In this document: in pieces, positions 40,385 to 51,504 of the stretch | How positions within the stretch are numbered: the stretch's first letter is position 1 | Layout: each line of letters opens with the position of its first letter | NCBI GenBank assembly: GCA_002419005.1 | Contig: DIFF01000012.1 | Span: 500,241-564,240 of the forward strand | DNA length: 64,000 bases | Direction: 5' to 3' | Origin: Peptococcaceae bacterium UBA5755 | Lineage (GTDB): Bacteria > Bacillota > Dehalobacteriia > UBA4068 > UBA5755 | Program-made: the position numbers and the translations under genes | The notes under the pieces: model-generated | Databases searched by the model: none | The model's input: only the letters and a program-made list of their open reading frames with translations | What the model was told of the DNA's origin: nothing

Positions 40385-41323
40385 ATGAAATTTTTAAAAA
40401 AACCTAAAACCTGGGCGTTTGTATACTCAATTATTTTGGTTTTGTTTACACTCTTTGTAGTTTTGGACGTATTTGTCATACCGAGGACCTATGAATTGAT
40501 TGACACAAAAACCCCCGACGCTTTGGACGGGGGAAAAATGACAACGGAAGATCCCCCAACTGAATCCAATAAAAACAGTGAAGACGCTGTCGTTTCCAAA
40601 TCCAGCTATTCTGACGAAAACATTAATATTACAATCACGCAATACCGGAAATATGAAACCGACATCTATGTTGCCGACATACATATTTCCAGCACGGAAT
40701 ATCTAAAAACAGCATTTGCTAACAACATATACGGACGAAATGTGACAGAAGTAACCTCTGTGATTGCGCAAAGCAACGGCGCCATTCTGGCGATAAACGG
40801 CGATGATTATGGTGCACAGACAAATGGTTATGTGATCCGCAACGGGACTCTTTACCGCGAAACCAAATCGGATGAGGATCAGGAAGACTTGGTAATTTGG
40901 TCTGACGGTTCATTTAGCATTGTTTCTGAAGACTCTGTTTCGGCGGCGAAACTGATGAAAAAAGGGGCCCTCCAGGTTTTCTCTTTTGGCCCCGGCCTTG
41001 TGAAAAATGCTGAGATTACGGTTTTAGAAAACGAAGAGGTTGATAAGTCAAAAACAAGTAACCCTCGTACCGCCATCGGCATTGTCGACGACCTTCATTA
41101 TGTGGTGGTGGTTTCTGACGGCCGTACCAATAAAAGCAAGGGTTTGTCGCTGTATCAATTGGCAACATTTATGCAAGGGCTCGGCGTCAAAACAGCATAT
41201 AATCTTGATGGCGGCGGTTCCTCTACCATGTATTTTAACGGTGAAATCATCAATAATCCAACCACCAACGGTAAAACAATCCAGGAAAGAAAGGTGAGCG
41301 ACATTGTCTATATCGGATATTGA
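40385..41323 (+). CDS. phosphodiester glycosidase (NAGPA-like, DUF2233) family protein with an N-terminal membrane anchor
   Basis: It has an N-terminal TM helix. The C-terminal motifs are AINGDDYG...NLDGGGSST. Confidence 0.7.
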   Translation: MKFLKKPKTWAFVYSIILVLFTLFVVLDVFVIPRTYELIDTKTPDALDGGKMTTEDPPTESNKNSEDAVVSKSSYSDENINITITQYRKYETDIYVADIHISSTEYLKTAFANNIYGRNVTEVTSVIAQSNGAILAINGDDYGAQTNGYVIRNGTLYRETKSDEDQEDLVIWSDGSFSIVSEDSVSAAKLMKKGALQVFSFGPGLVKNAEITVLENEEVDKSKTSNPRTAIGIVDDLHYVVVVSDGRTNKSKGLSLYQLATFMQGLGVKTAYNLDGGGSSTMYFNGEIINNPTTNGKTIQERKVSDIVYIGY

Positions 41324-41702
41324 CGGCGGCAGGAGAATTCGCAAAACTATTTTGATTTATACAGCCTTCACTTTGTTTTGTGTATTGTTTAGTATCGCCT
41401 ATGAGCACTTTAGCCATGGGGTATATTCAAACTATATGATATATCTTTTTGCCTTCCCGCTTGCCGGGGGTGTTGTGCCCGCTTTTTTAGTCCTTGCTTT
41501 CCGTCGGATTCCATACCCTACTCAAACTTCATGCGTCCTTTACAATTGCGGGCTTACCACACTGACCGTAGGCAGCTGTTTAAAAGGGGTTTTGGAAATA
41601 TACGGAACAATCTCTCATTATATTTTGTTTTATTGGTTTGCAGGTTTTCTGCTCATCGCCTTTGCTTTAATTAAATACCTAAACTCCATCTGCAAAGCAT
41701 AA
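41304..41702 (+). CDS. hypothetical membrane protein
   Basis: 132 aa with 4 predicted TM helices. It overlaps the upstream gene by 20 nt. Confidence 0.4.
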   Translation: MSISDIDGGRRIRKTILIYTAFTLFCVLFSIAYEHFSHGVYSNYMIYLFAFPLAGGVVPAFLVLAFRRIPYPTQTSCVLYNCGLTTLTVGSCLKGVLEIYGTISHYILFYWFAGFLLIAFALIKYLNSICKA

Positions 41703-41894
41703 ACAATATTCTCCATATAAGAACGCTCTTTCCAATATTTATATTTTTATAAAAAAAATATAAAATATAATGTATTTTTTTATTTACAAAACTATTATTT
41801 TAAAATATAATGTTGAGAAAATAATATGTAGAAAGAACATTCTTCTAAATCTCAACAAAAGCCTCATGAAAGGATGCGTGTTCCAACAAAGTAA

Positions 41895-43295
<1,401 letters not shown>

Positions 43296-43333
43296 GTTCA
43301 GCATTGAGTATTACTAAAGAACAAAGAGAATAG

Positions 43334-43380
43334 ACATGCAAAAAGCCCTGCATTGCAGGGCTTTTTGCATGTCTGCGTTT
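43334..43380. terminator. rho-independent terminator after gdhA
   Basis: The 19-bp palindrome CATGCAAAAAGCCCTGCA / TGCAGGGCTTTTTGCATG is followed by a T-run. Confidence 0.8.
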
Positions 43381-43454
43381 TTCATAAAGGTTTGGGACTA
43401 TCCCAATCGGAGTCCCCGTAAAGTTAAAGAACAGTTACTATTATATATATATTA

Positions 43455-43835
43455 TTATTGTTTTGCTTCTTCCACATGTTTTTTCATTGCTTCAAAGCTC
43501 TCCGGGCTTATCACATGCTCTATCCGGCAGGCATCCTCCACAGCAATAGTCTTATCAACACCCAGATAGATTAGCCAATCGGAGATGAGTGTATGTCTCT
43601 CGAGCATGGTTTCGGCGATTCCCCTTCCTTTTTTAGTCAATGTAATATACCCTTCGCCGTCCATTTCAATATATCCGTTCTCGCGCAGTTTTTTCATAGC
43701 TACGCTGACGCTCGACTTTTTAAAGTTAAGCGCATCTACAATATCTATGGATCGAACCTGCGCATTTTTATGACTTAAAACAAGAATCGTTTCGAGATAC
43801 ATTTCGGAAGACTCCTGCATTTTCACGGTCTTCAT
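43455..43835 (-). CDS. DtxR/MntR-family metal-dependent transcriptional regulator
   Basis: The N-terminal wHTH is MYLETILVL...VRSIDIVDALN. A dimerisation/metal-binding domain follows. The exact start codon is uncertain. Confidence 0.8.
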   Translation of the reverse strand: MKTVKMQESSEMYLETILVLSHKNAQVRSIDIVDALNFKKSSVSVAMKKLRENGYIEMDGEGYITLTKKGRGIAETMLERHTLISDWLIYLGVDKTIAVEDACRIEHVISPESFEAMKKHVEEAKQ

Positions 43836-43964
43836 CCCCTTTCTACCGATTATACGCAACTGACCATAGAATAGCATATTATTTTTCAGAAATCAAACAA
43901 AACAACATAAATAAATTCGATAAAATACGTATTGACAATGTGGTTAGTTTATGCTAACATACTA

Positions 43965-43986
43965 TTAGTTAGGCAAGCCTAACTAA
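43965..43986. promoter_or_regulatory. DtxR/IdeR-type iron-box operator in the feo promoter
   Basis: TTAGTTAGGC-AA-GCCTAACTAA has perfect 10-bp inverted arms and resembles the iron box TTAGGTTAGGCTAACCTAA. A second half-palindrome, GTTAGTTTATGCTAAC, overlaps the putative promoter TTGACA-N17-TAACAT (43932..43960). Confidence 0.7.
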
Positions 43987-44038
43987 TAGTAAAAACCATG
44001 GATTATTTTATCTAACCATAATACACAGGGGAGGAATT

Positions 44039-44251
44039 ATGATGCCCTTAACAATGGCAAAGGTGGGAGAGGAAAACCTCATCAAAAGGATCAGCGGCAA
44101 GGTGGAGACCAAGCAGCATCTGGAAAATCTCGGGTTTCTTGTCGGCGGTACCGTTACCGTGATTACCAAGATCGGTGGAAACGTAATCGTCAACGTCAAG
44201 GATTCACGGGTTGCCGTCAGCCGTGAGATGGCAAATAAAATCATGGTGTAA
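44039..44251 (+). CDS. feoA: ferrous iron transport protein FeoA
   Basis: A 70-aa SH3-like FeoA domain. The RBS is GGGGAGG. Confidence 0.85.
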   Translation: MMPLTMAKVGEENLIKRISGKVETKQHLENLGFLVGGTVTVITKIGGNVIVNVKDSRVAVSREMANKIMV

Positions 44252-44276
44252 ACAATTTCGAAAGGGGTTACAGGAT

Positions 44277-44498
44277 ATGCAGACACTAAAAGAGATTAAG
44301 TGTGGTGAGACTGTTACGGTTACAAAAATTAATGGTACGGGAGCCGTCAAACGCAGAATTATGGATATGGGGATTACAAAAGGAACTGAAATCTATATGC
44401 GCAAGGTGGCTCCACTGGGAGACCCGGTGGAAATTATGGTACGGGGCTATGAGCTTTCCCTGCGCAAAGCAGACGCGGAGATGATATCGGTACAATAA
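44277..44498 (+). CDS. feoA: ferrous iron transport protein FeoA (second copy)
   Basis: A 73-aa FeoA domain, MQTLKEIKCGETVTVTKI. Confidence 0.85.
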   Translation: MQTLKEIKCGETVTVTKINGTGAVKRRIMDMGITKGTEIYMRKVAPLGDPVEIMVRGYELSLRKADAEMISVQ

Positions 44499-44625
44499 CA
44501 GCGGGGTTCACGGTACAACCGGATCCCGCAATTTTAAGGCCAATAGGTTAGATGCAACTAACTGGCATGTTAGATTAACAAGTCAGTATGAGAAATTTTA
44601 TAGATTTTTATAGGAGGATAAAGTA

Positions 44626-46782
44626 ATGCCCATCAAAATAGCACTTGCCGGCAATCCAAACAGCGGCAAGACTACACTTTTCAATGCGCTTACCGGTTCG
44701 AACCAGTTTGTTGGAAACTGGCCAGGCGTTACGGTGGAAAAAAAAGAAGGGAAACTCAAGAATCATAAAGACGTCATCATCATAGATCTACCTGGAATTT
44801 ACTCACTTTCTCCGTACACGCTGGAAGAGGTAGTCGCAAGAAACTATCTCATAATGGAACGCCCCGACGCTATTCTAAACATCGTTGACGGTACCAATCT
44901 CGAGCGTAATCTGTATCTCACCACGCAGCTGACGGAACTTGGTATTCCTATGGTGATTGCGGTCAACATGATGGATGCTGTTCATAAATCCGGCGACAAA
45001 ATCTACATAGACCGGCTTTTCAAGGAACTTGGCTGTCCTGTTGTGGAAATTTCCGCGCTCAAAGGAACCGGTATTAACGATGCGGCTGAAAAGGCGGTGC
45101 AACTTGCAGAGAGCAAGATACCTATGGTACCGCAACATACGTTTTCTGGCAGCGTCGAACATGCTGTTGCCCACATTGAAGAAGCTACGGAAGGTAAGGT
45201 TGAGAAAAACCAGCAGCGCTGGTTTGCCATCAAAATCTTTGAACGCGATACAAAAGTCATGGAGAAACTTGCACTTTCCAACGAACTCAAACTACATATC
45301 GAGGCGGACATAAAAAGCTGCGAAAAAGAAATGGATGATGACGCCGAAAGCATTATCACCAATGAGCGCTATCTCTATATTGCATCAATTATCAAGGGCT
45401 GCTGCCAGAAAAAAAACAAAGGAAGCCTCTCCGTCTCCGACAAAATCGACAAGGTTGTTACCAACCGATGGCTGGCGCTGCCGATTTTTGCCCTTGTAAT
45501 GTTTATCGTCTATTATATTTCCGTAACTACCATTGGCGCATGGGTCACCGACTGGACAAACGATGTATTCTTCGGTGAAATCATCCCTCCGGCGGTGAAA
45601 AGCCTCCTAGTTTTTGTCGGAACAGCTGGTTGGCTGCAAAGCTTGATTTTGGACGGCATTATTGGCGGCGTTGGCGCAGTGCTTGGCTTTGTACCGCAAA
45701 TGCTGGTGCTCTTTGCTTTTCTCGCCTTTTTGGAAGCTTGCGGCTACATGGCCCGTATTGCCTTTATTATGGACCGCATTTTCCGCAGATTCGGTCTGTC
45801 GGGAAAATCCTTCATACCAATGCTCATCAGCACCGGCTGTGGCGTCCCTGGCATTATGGCCTCGCGGACGATTGAAAACGACCGCGATCGTAAAATGACG
45901 ATCATGACAACCACATTTATTCCCTGCGGGGCAAAGCTTCCCATTATCGCATTGATTGCCGGGGCTTTGTTCAATGGCGCGTGGTGGGTGGCGCCAAGCG
46001 CTTATTTCGTGGGCATCGCCGCCATCATCTGCTCCGGGATTGTCCTAAAGAAAACCCGGGTGTTTGCTGGCGACCCTGCACCCTTCGTAATGGAGTTGCC
46101 CCCCTACCACTGGCCAACTACCGGCAACGTCCTGCGTAGTATGTGGGAACGTGGCTGGTCTTTCATTAAAAAAGCTGGCACGATAATACTTCTTTCTGCT
46201 ATCGTAATTTGGTTCCTGCAGAGCTTTGGCGTCACCAATGGAACCTTCGGCATGGTGGACAACATGAGCGACAGCTTGCTGGCCGTGATCGGAGGTGCGA
46301 TTGCCTGGATTTTTGAGCCGCTCGGCTGGGGACACTGGGAGGCCGCCGTGGCCGCTATTACAGGCCTTGTGGCCAAAGAAAACGTGGTTGGGACATTCGG
46401 AGTACTATACGGATACGCAGAGGTAGCCGAGGATGGCGCAGAGTATTGGGGCACTCTTGCTTCAAGCTTTACGGCTTTGTCAGCTTATTCGTTCCTGGTT
46501 TTCAACCTGCTTTGCGCCCCCTGCTTTGCAGCTATCGGTGCCATTCGCCGAGAAATGAACAACAAAAAGTGGACCTGGTTTGCCATCGGATACCAGACCA
46601 TCTTCGCTTATGCGGTTTCCCTGTGCATTTATCAGTTTGGGAACCTGATTTCCGGAAACGGGTTTGGAATCGGCACGGCAACAGCTCTGATTGTCGCAGC
46701 TGTAGCCCTGTATCTGCTGTTTCGGCCATATAAGGAAAGCGGGACCCTAAATCCCATGATATCGGTAAAAGCGAAGGGTTAG
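44626..46782 (+). CDS. feoB: ferrous iron transporter FeoB
   Basis: The N-terminal G-domain motifs are GNPNSGKTTLFN, DLPG and NMMD. A polytopic membrane domain follows. Confidence 0.95.
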   Translation: MPIKIALAGNPNSGKTTLFNALTGSNQFVGNWPGVTVEKKEGKLKNHKDVIIIDLPGIYSLSPYTLEEVVARNYLIMERPDAILNIVDGTNLERNLYLTTQLTELGIPMVIAVNMMDAVHKSGDKIYIDRLFKELGCPVVEISALKGTGINDAAEKAVQLAESKIPMVPQHTFSGSVEHAVAHIEEATEGKVEKNQQRWFAIKIFERDTKVMEKLALSNELKLHIEADIKSCEKEMDDDAESIITNERYLYIASIIKGCCQKKNKGSLSVSDKIDKVVTNRWLALPIFALVMFIVYYISVTTIGAWVTDWTNDVFFGEIIPPAVKSLLVFVGTAGWLQSLILDGIIGGVGAVLGFVPQMLVLFAFLAFLEACGYMARIAFIMDRIFRRFGLSGKSFIPMLISTGCGVPGIMASRTIENDRDRKMTIMTTTFIPCGAKLPIIALIAGALFNGAWWVAPSAYFVGIAAIICSGIVLKKTRVFAGDPAPFVMELPPYHWPTTGNVLRSMWERGWSFIKKAGTIILLSAIVIWFLQSFGVTNGTFGMVDNMSDSLLAVIGGAIAWIFEPLGWGHWEAAVAAITGLVAKENVVGTFGVLYGYAEVAEDGAEYWGTLASSFTALSAYSFLVFNLLCAPCFAAIGAIRREMNNKKWTWFAIGYQTIFAYAVSLCIYQFGNLISGNGFGIGTATALIVAAVALYLLFRPYKESGTLNPMISVKAKG

Positions 46783-46803
46783 CATAGAAAGGAGAATGAC
46801 ATT

Positions 46804-46989
46804 ATGATAGCCTTCATAGTCGACAATTTAGCGACACTTATTATAAGCGTGGCATTACTGGCTGTTGTCGTACAGATTTCAGTAAATCTGATCAAAAAGA
46901 AAAAAAGCGGTAAAGCTGTAGGCTGCAGCTACAGCTACAGCTACGGCTGCAACACTTGCCCAAGTGCTTCCCTATGCCACAAGCATTAA
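46804..46989 (+). CDS. FeoB-associated Cys-rich membrane peptide
   Basis: A single TM helix is followed by GCSYSYSYGCNTCPSASLCHKH. It lies immediately 3' of feoB. Confidence 0.75.
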   Translation: MIAFIVDNLATLIISVALLAVVVQISVNLIKKKKSGKAVGCSYSYSYGCNTCPSASLCHKH

Positions 46990-47036
46990 GAATACCGCAG
47001 TAGATAAAAATCCTGGTATTAGCCATGATGCACCAA

Positions 47037-47076
47037 ATATGGAGTACGGACCCGATATCCGTACTCCATATTTTAT
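47037..47076 (+). terminator. rho-independent terminator of the feo operon
   Basis: ATATGGAGTACGG-N9-CCGTACTCCATAT is followed by a T-run. Confidence 0.8.
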
Positions 47077-47223
47077 AAAGGTAAAAAATGAGCAATAATA
47101 AGATGCTTCGCTGTCGCCGGGGTTTGAGTCCTACAGAACAGATGACAAAAATACCGACGTTTTTATTCCGATCTTTCTGGAAACCTTTTTCTATGCAGTT
47201 ATTACTGCCGTGGGTAAATCGGA

Positions 47224-48279
47224 TCACTGTTCATGATTATAGACATAGGCCGAATAACGCCCGCCGCCGATCTTTAGGACGGTACCTTTATTAATAAGCG
47301 CATTCAGTGACTTGGTTATTGTTGAGTAACTGATGTCAGGGCATAAACCCTGAATCTCCACCATTGTCATTTTACCAAGGTGCGTTTTAAGAATTTCCTC
47401 TATACGCTGCGCTTTTGTTATGGATTTATTTGTGAGATATTCGATACGCAAGGAAAATTCTTTATATGCATTTAGGATAACGCCAAGATAATACCGGGCA
47501 AACGGCTGATAGCTGTTCTTATTATCATGCCAGCCTTCGGAACCATCCTGCAGCGCCTCGTAATAGGTGTTCTTACTCTTTTCTATCAACATTTCAATAC
47601 TTATATATTTACCAACGATGTATCCGCTTCGATAAAGCAGCAGCAAGGTAAGCAGCCGGCTCATTCTCCCATTGCCGGCATTAAAGGGGTGAATACAGAG
47701 AAAGTCAAAAATAAATACTGCAATTAAAAGAAGAGCGTCGGCTTCACCTTTATCCAGTTCGCGTAAAAAGCTATCGCAAAGCGCGTCCATTGCCGCCGGT
47801 GTTTCAAAAGCTGGCATAGTCTTGAAGCGGATAAATTTATGCCCCTCTATATCCTGTTCTTCAATAAAATTATCTACATTTTTATATCTGCCGCCAATGG
47901 ATGACGGACTATATTTATAGAGATCGCGATGAAGTTGCAAGATCACCTTGGAGCGAGGCGCCATATAGTCGTAATTTTCATGTATTAATGCAAGGACGTC
48001 CCTGTATCCCGCGATTTCGCTTTCGTTCCGGTCGTGAGGCTCCGCTTTGTCCCTTACGAGCTCTCCTATACGTTTATCCGAGGTGAAAATACCTTCAATC
48101 AGGTTTGAAGATTCTGTACTCTGGATCTTTGCTACTTTAAGAAGGCTTGACAGAATATCGGCTTTTGATTCGATAAACAAATTTTGCCGGCCCTTATATT
48201 CATAAATAGCTGAAAGTAGATTGACGATATCTGTTGTCAAAAGTGCATCGGTAATATTTGTATAATCAAAAGAGTGCAT
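47224..48279 (-). CDS. Fic-family protein (AMPylation/adenylyltransferase fold)
   Basis: The Fic motif HPFNAGNGRMSR is present. The C-terminus is winged-helix-like. Confidence 0.85.
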   Translation of the reverse strand: MHSFDYTNITDALLTTDIVNLLSAIYEYKGRQNLFIESKADILSSLLKVAKIQSTESSNLIEGIFTSDKRIGELVRDKAEPHDRNESEIAGYRDVLALIHENYDYMAPRSKVILQLHRDLYKYSPSSIGGRYKNVDNFIEEQDIEGHKFIRFKTMPAFETPAAMDALCDSFLRELDKGEADALLLIAVFIFDFLCIHPFNAGNGRMSRLLTLLLLYRSGYIVGKYISIEMLIEKSKNTYYEALQDGSEGWHDNKNSYQPFARYYLGVILNAYKEFSLRIEYLTNKSITKAQRIEEILKTHLGKMTMVEIQGLCPDISYSTITKSLNALINKGTVLKIGGGRYSAYVYNHEQ

Positions 48280-48604
48280 GATACAACCTCCATTCTATCA
48301 TAGTATACCCTTTAATTTATCAATTATATACTGAAAATGATAAATTGGCAAGCTCGAATGTAAAATTGGCAAGTTGTCAGCATTAATATTAATTTATCAT
48401 TCTGTAAACAAAATTGTTAAATTAAATGATTTATTCTTTCACTCATTGTGTTACTCTTAGTGAAAGAATGAAAGAATAAACCACATGTTGCACTCCCCAA
48501 AAAGTTTGGCCATAGTTGATTTCAGATATCATTAGCGCATTGCAGCATGAAATTAAAGACCGGCATTTTCTCATTCAACTGCCGGCCAACATGTTATATC
48601 TCAA

Positions 48605-49036
48605 TCATAATGATTTCGCTAATTCCGTAATTTTACCCTCAATTGTACGGATTACGGAAAGAAATTCCGCATTGCTTTTGCCGGTCGGGTCGGGCAGTCC
48701 CCAGTCTTCGCGGCACTTGCATGGCAGATAGGGGCATTCCACGTTGCAGCCCATCGTTACGACCACATCAACGAGCGGAAGCTCCGCGAGCAACCTTGAA
48801 CGCTGGCTTTCTTCCATATCAATTCCGTGAATCTGCTTCATCAGACGCACCGCATCCGAATTGATGCGGTCTTTTAGTTCCGTACCCGCAGAATAGCTTT
48901 CAAAAATATCGGCGGCAAGCCGTTTTCCTAATGCTTCGGCGATCTGGCTACGGCAGGAGTTATGGACGCAGATAAAAGCCCCCTTTGGTTTACTTATACT
49001 TGAACCATCCTTTCGTATTGTTTGCGATCCTGACAA
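48605..49036 (-). CDS. arsC: arsenate reductase ArsC (LMW-PTP / thioredoxin-coupled type)
   Basis: The CX5R P-loop is CVHNSCRSQ, and the downstream Cys pair is CPYLPCKC. The start is uncertain. No ATG lies near the P-loop. The TTG at 49036 overlaps the ACR3 3' end. An AAAGGGGG RBS lies inside the ORF. Confidence 0.75.
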   Translation of the reverse strand: MSGSQTIRKDGSSISKPKGAFICVHNSCRSQIAEALGKRLAADIFESYSAGTELKDRINSDAVRLMKQIHGIDMEESQRSRLLAELPLVDVVVTMGCNVECPYLPCKCREDWGLPDPTGKSNAEFLSVIRTIEGKITELAKSL

Positions 49037-50037
49037 GGATCAGCATCACCGGCACCTCAGTTAGAACGCCGACTATGGTAGCAAGCGCAGCAGGTGACGT
49101 CGTGCCGAAAAGTGAAATCGCCACCGCGACGGCCAGTTCAAAGAAGTTTGATGCGCTGATCATCCCGGCGGGCGCTGCTATATCGTGCGGCAGTTTTAAT
49201 GCTCTGCTTGTAAGGTAGGCAATGAAGAAAATTAGGAAGGTCTGGATAATCAGCGGTATCGCAATCAACACGATGTGCAGCGGGTTATTCAGAATGACGT
49301 CGCCTTGGAAAGAGAATATAATGACGAGGGTAAGCAGCAGTCCAGTAATGGTAATGTTCTCAAACTTGGGGATAAAGCTCTTTTTAAAGTAATCGAGTCC
49401 ACGATTTCTGATGACGACGTTTCGCGTGACCGTCCCGCCGACCAGAGGAATGACAACGAACAGAACCACCGAGAGAATCAGTGTATCCCAGGGGATCGTC
49501 ACACCGCCTATGCCGAGAAGGAACGCCACAATAGGAGTGAAGGCAACGAGTATAATGAGATCGTTCGTCGCTACCTGCACCACCGCGTAGGCGGCGTTCC
49601 CCTTTGTCAGATGGCTCCAGACAAACACCATGGCGGTGCAGGGAGCAGCGCCCAGCAGAATCGCACCGGCAAGATAACTACGCGCGAGGTCTTCCGGAAT
49701 CAGCGCCTTAAAAATCACAAAGAAAAACAGCCAGGCGTGCCGAACATGGTAAAGGGTTTGATCAGCCAGTTGGTTACCCAGGTGACAAATAAGCCCTTCG
49801 GATTTTTACCCACGTTTTTTATGCTATAAAAATCAACCTTCAGCATCATGGGATAGATCATCAGCCAAATAAGTATGGCAATGGGTATCGAAACATTTGC
49901 GTACTCGAAACGTCCCAGAAAAGCAGGAATGCCCGGCAAAAATTTGCTGACCAGCACGCCTGCGGCCATGCACAAGATGACCCAGAGCTAGAGATATTTT
50001 TCAAAAAAGCCGATCCCCGTATTTTTGCTCTTTGCCA
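48990..50037 (-). pseudogene. ACR3-family arsenite efflux permease, disrupted by an in-frame TAG and a frameshift
   Basis: The minus-strand N-terminus reads MAKSKNTGIGFFEKYL*LWVILCMAAGVL, with a TAG at 49988..49990 where ACR3 proteins have Thr/Ser. The frame switches near 49735..49745: KPFTMF|GTPGCFSL* changes to ...AWLFFFVIFKALIPEDL...LGAAPCTAMVF. The product is otherwise collinear with ACR3/ArsB(YqcL). Confidence 0.75.
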
Positions 50038-50053
50038 TAACTTCGCCTCTTCG

Positions 50054-50584
50054 CTATTGGTTAAGTTCATATATCTTTTTTTGCTGTTCCAGATTAAGAG
50101 CTTTTTCAGCAGTTACCGCAATAATCAAGATACCGATGATACTCAGCGCCAGTCGGGTTAACGTGAAAGTAAGACCTAAACTTGCCGCTTCGAAGGTCAG
50201 CATCGGTATTTTGGTTGTTGACCATGCCCCGATGAATATAAAAACATTAAACAGACTGCTGCCCTTTTTTAACATTATACCGGCGATGGGAAATGCCGCA
50301 TACAGAGGGCCAGCGGCGACAGAACCAAGCAAGAAAGCAATCAAAACCCCTTTTAAGCCGGAACCCTTGCCGGTATATTTCATCATTGTTGCTCGGTCTA
50401 CCCATACGTCCAGTAATCCCAGAAGGATAAAAATCGGCGGGATTACCGATATCATCTCAATGAAGTTCTGCTTTGTGAGGCTGAGTGATTTAAGCCCAAT
50501 ATCCGGTAATGCTAGACCTATCACAATGTTAATAAAAATCAGAAGCAAAAACACCCTATAACGTTTGAAAAAAGCTTTCATCAC
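50054..50584 (-). CDS. half-size permease subunit (COG0701 / ArsP-like permease family, no Cys motif)
   Basis: 176 aa with 5 TM helices. It is similar to the C-terminal half of the 345-aa permease at 53517..54554. Confidence 0.6.
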   Translation of the reverse strand: MMKAFFKRYRVFLLLIFINIVIGLALPDIGLKSLSLTKQNFIEMISVIPPIFILLGLLDVWVDRATMMKYTGKGSGLKGVLIAFLLGSVAAGPLYAAFPIAGIMLKKGSSLFNVFIFIGAWSTTKIPMLTFEAASLGLTFTLTRLALSIIGILIIAVTAEKALNLEQQKKIYELNQ

Positions 50585-51096
50585 AGTAGCACCCCAATCA
50601 CAAATGCGACAATCAGTGAAAATAAAAACGCCGAAATATTACGGATAATTGTGGCGCGCTTCCCGAAGGTTTTTATTTCCAGCGGCAACGTTACAATGCC
50701 GACCATCATAAGCGTGGAAACAAATGCTGCGATCTGCATATATCCCGCGCCGTTTTTTAAAAGCGCCGCCGCAAGCGGAAACGCGACAAATCCTGGAATC
50801 AGTGTAACAGACCCGATAATTGCCGCCCCGAGTACGCCCCAGATTCCTGAGCGTGTTCCGAGAATATTTGTAATCATATCCGGACTCAATATAGCTAGTA
50901 CAAGGCCGATAATGATCAATATGGACAAAAATTGCGGAAGGATGTTCTCAAATGACTTCCATGCTTTTTTTAACGCCATTTTAGTCTTGTTCCGGTCCTT
51001 ATAAAATGATATCACAAGGCCCGTTCCGGCAAGCACATATAAAATATAGATAAACATAGCTGCACCCCAATATTTATTAACTGACCGGTAAGGCAA
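50581..51096 (-). CDS. half-size permease subunit (COG0701 / ArsP-like permease family)
   Basis: 171 aa with 5 TM helices. The GSVTLIPGF segment aligns with GTVTPFCSC of the full-length permease. It overlaps the partner gene by 4 nt. Confidence 0.6.
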   Translation of the reverse strand: MPYRSVNKYWGAAMFIYILYVLAGTGLVISFYKDRNKTKMALKKAWKSFENILPQFLSILIIIGLVLAILSPDMITNILGTRSGIWGVLGAAIIGSVTLIPGFVAFPLAAALLKNGAGYMQIAAFVSTLMMVGIVTLPLEIKTFGKRATIIRNISAFLFSLIVAFVIGVLL

Positions 51097-51117
51097 AAGC
51101 TTATTCCAGATGATTTG

Positions 51118-51504
51118 TCATCTGACCTTTTGCAGGATTTTTACAACCTCTTCTGTCTTGAGCACCTTGCCGTAAGAGACCACTTTCCCGTCCACGACAA
51201 GGGCGGGCGTGGTCATGACGCCGTAAGCCGCGATTTGTGAGAAATCGGTGACATGGTCGATCGTCGTATCCATGCCAAGCTGTTCCAGCGCCGCTTTTGT
51301 TGCCGCTTCCAGTTGATTGCATTTCGCGCAGCCGCTGCCAAGGATTTTTATAGACGCGCCTTCAGTTTTCGCCGTTTCAGCTTTCGACATGCTTTCGGCA
51401 TCGCAGCTGCCGCCGCAGCAGCATGAAGAATCCTCAACTTTTTTGTTTTTATTACTAAACAATGCCATAATAAATATCTCCTTTTCAGAATTATTAGAAT
51501 CCAA
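51118..51504 (-). CDS. thioredoxin-family redox-active disulfide protein 2
   Basis: The motifs are KILGSGCAKCNQLE and VMTTPALVVDGKVV. An N-terminal Cys-rich tail (SSCCCGGSCD) may begin at the internal Met (MALFSN). Confidence 0.8.
   Translation of the reverse strand: MDSNNSEKEIFIMALFSNKNKKVEDSSCCCGGSCDAESMSKAETAKTEGASIKILGSGCAKCNQLEAATKAALEQLGMDTTIDHVTDFSQIAAYGVMTTPALVVDGKVVSYGKVLKTEEVVKILQKVR

Noticed and set aside
46925-46945. The (AGCTAC)3 hexanucleotide repeat inside the FeoB-associated Cys-rich gene (SYSYSY)
   Set aside because: It is only three units and in-frame. It is probably just a consequence of the low-complexity peptide, not a variation site.
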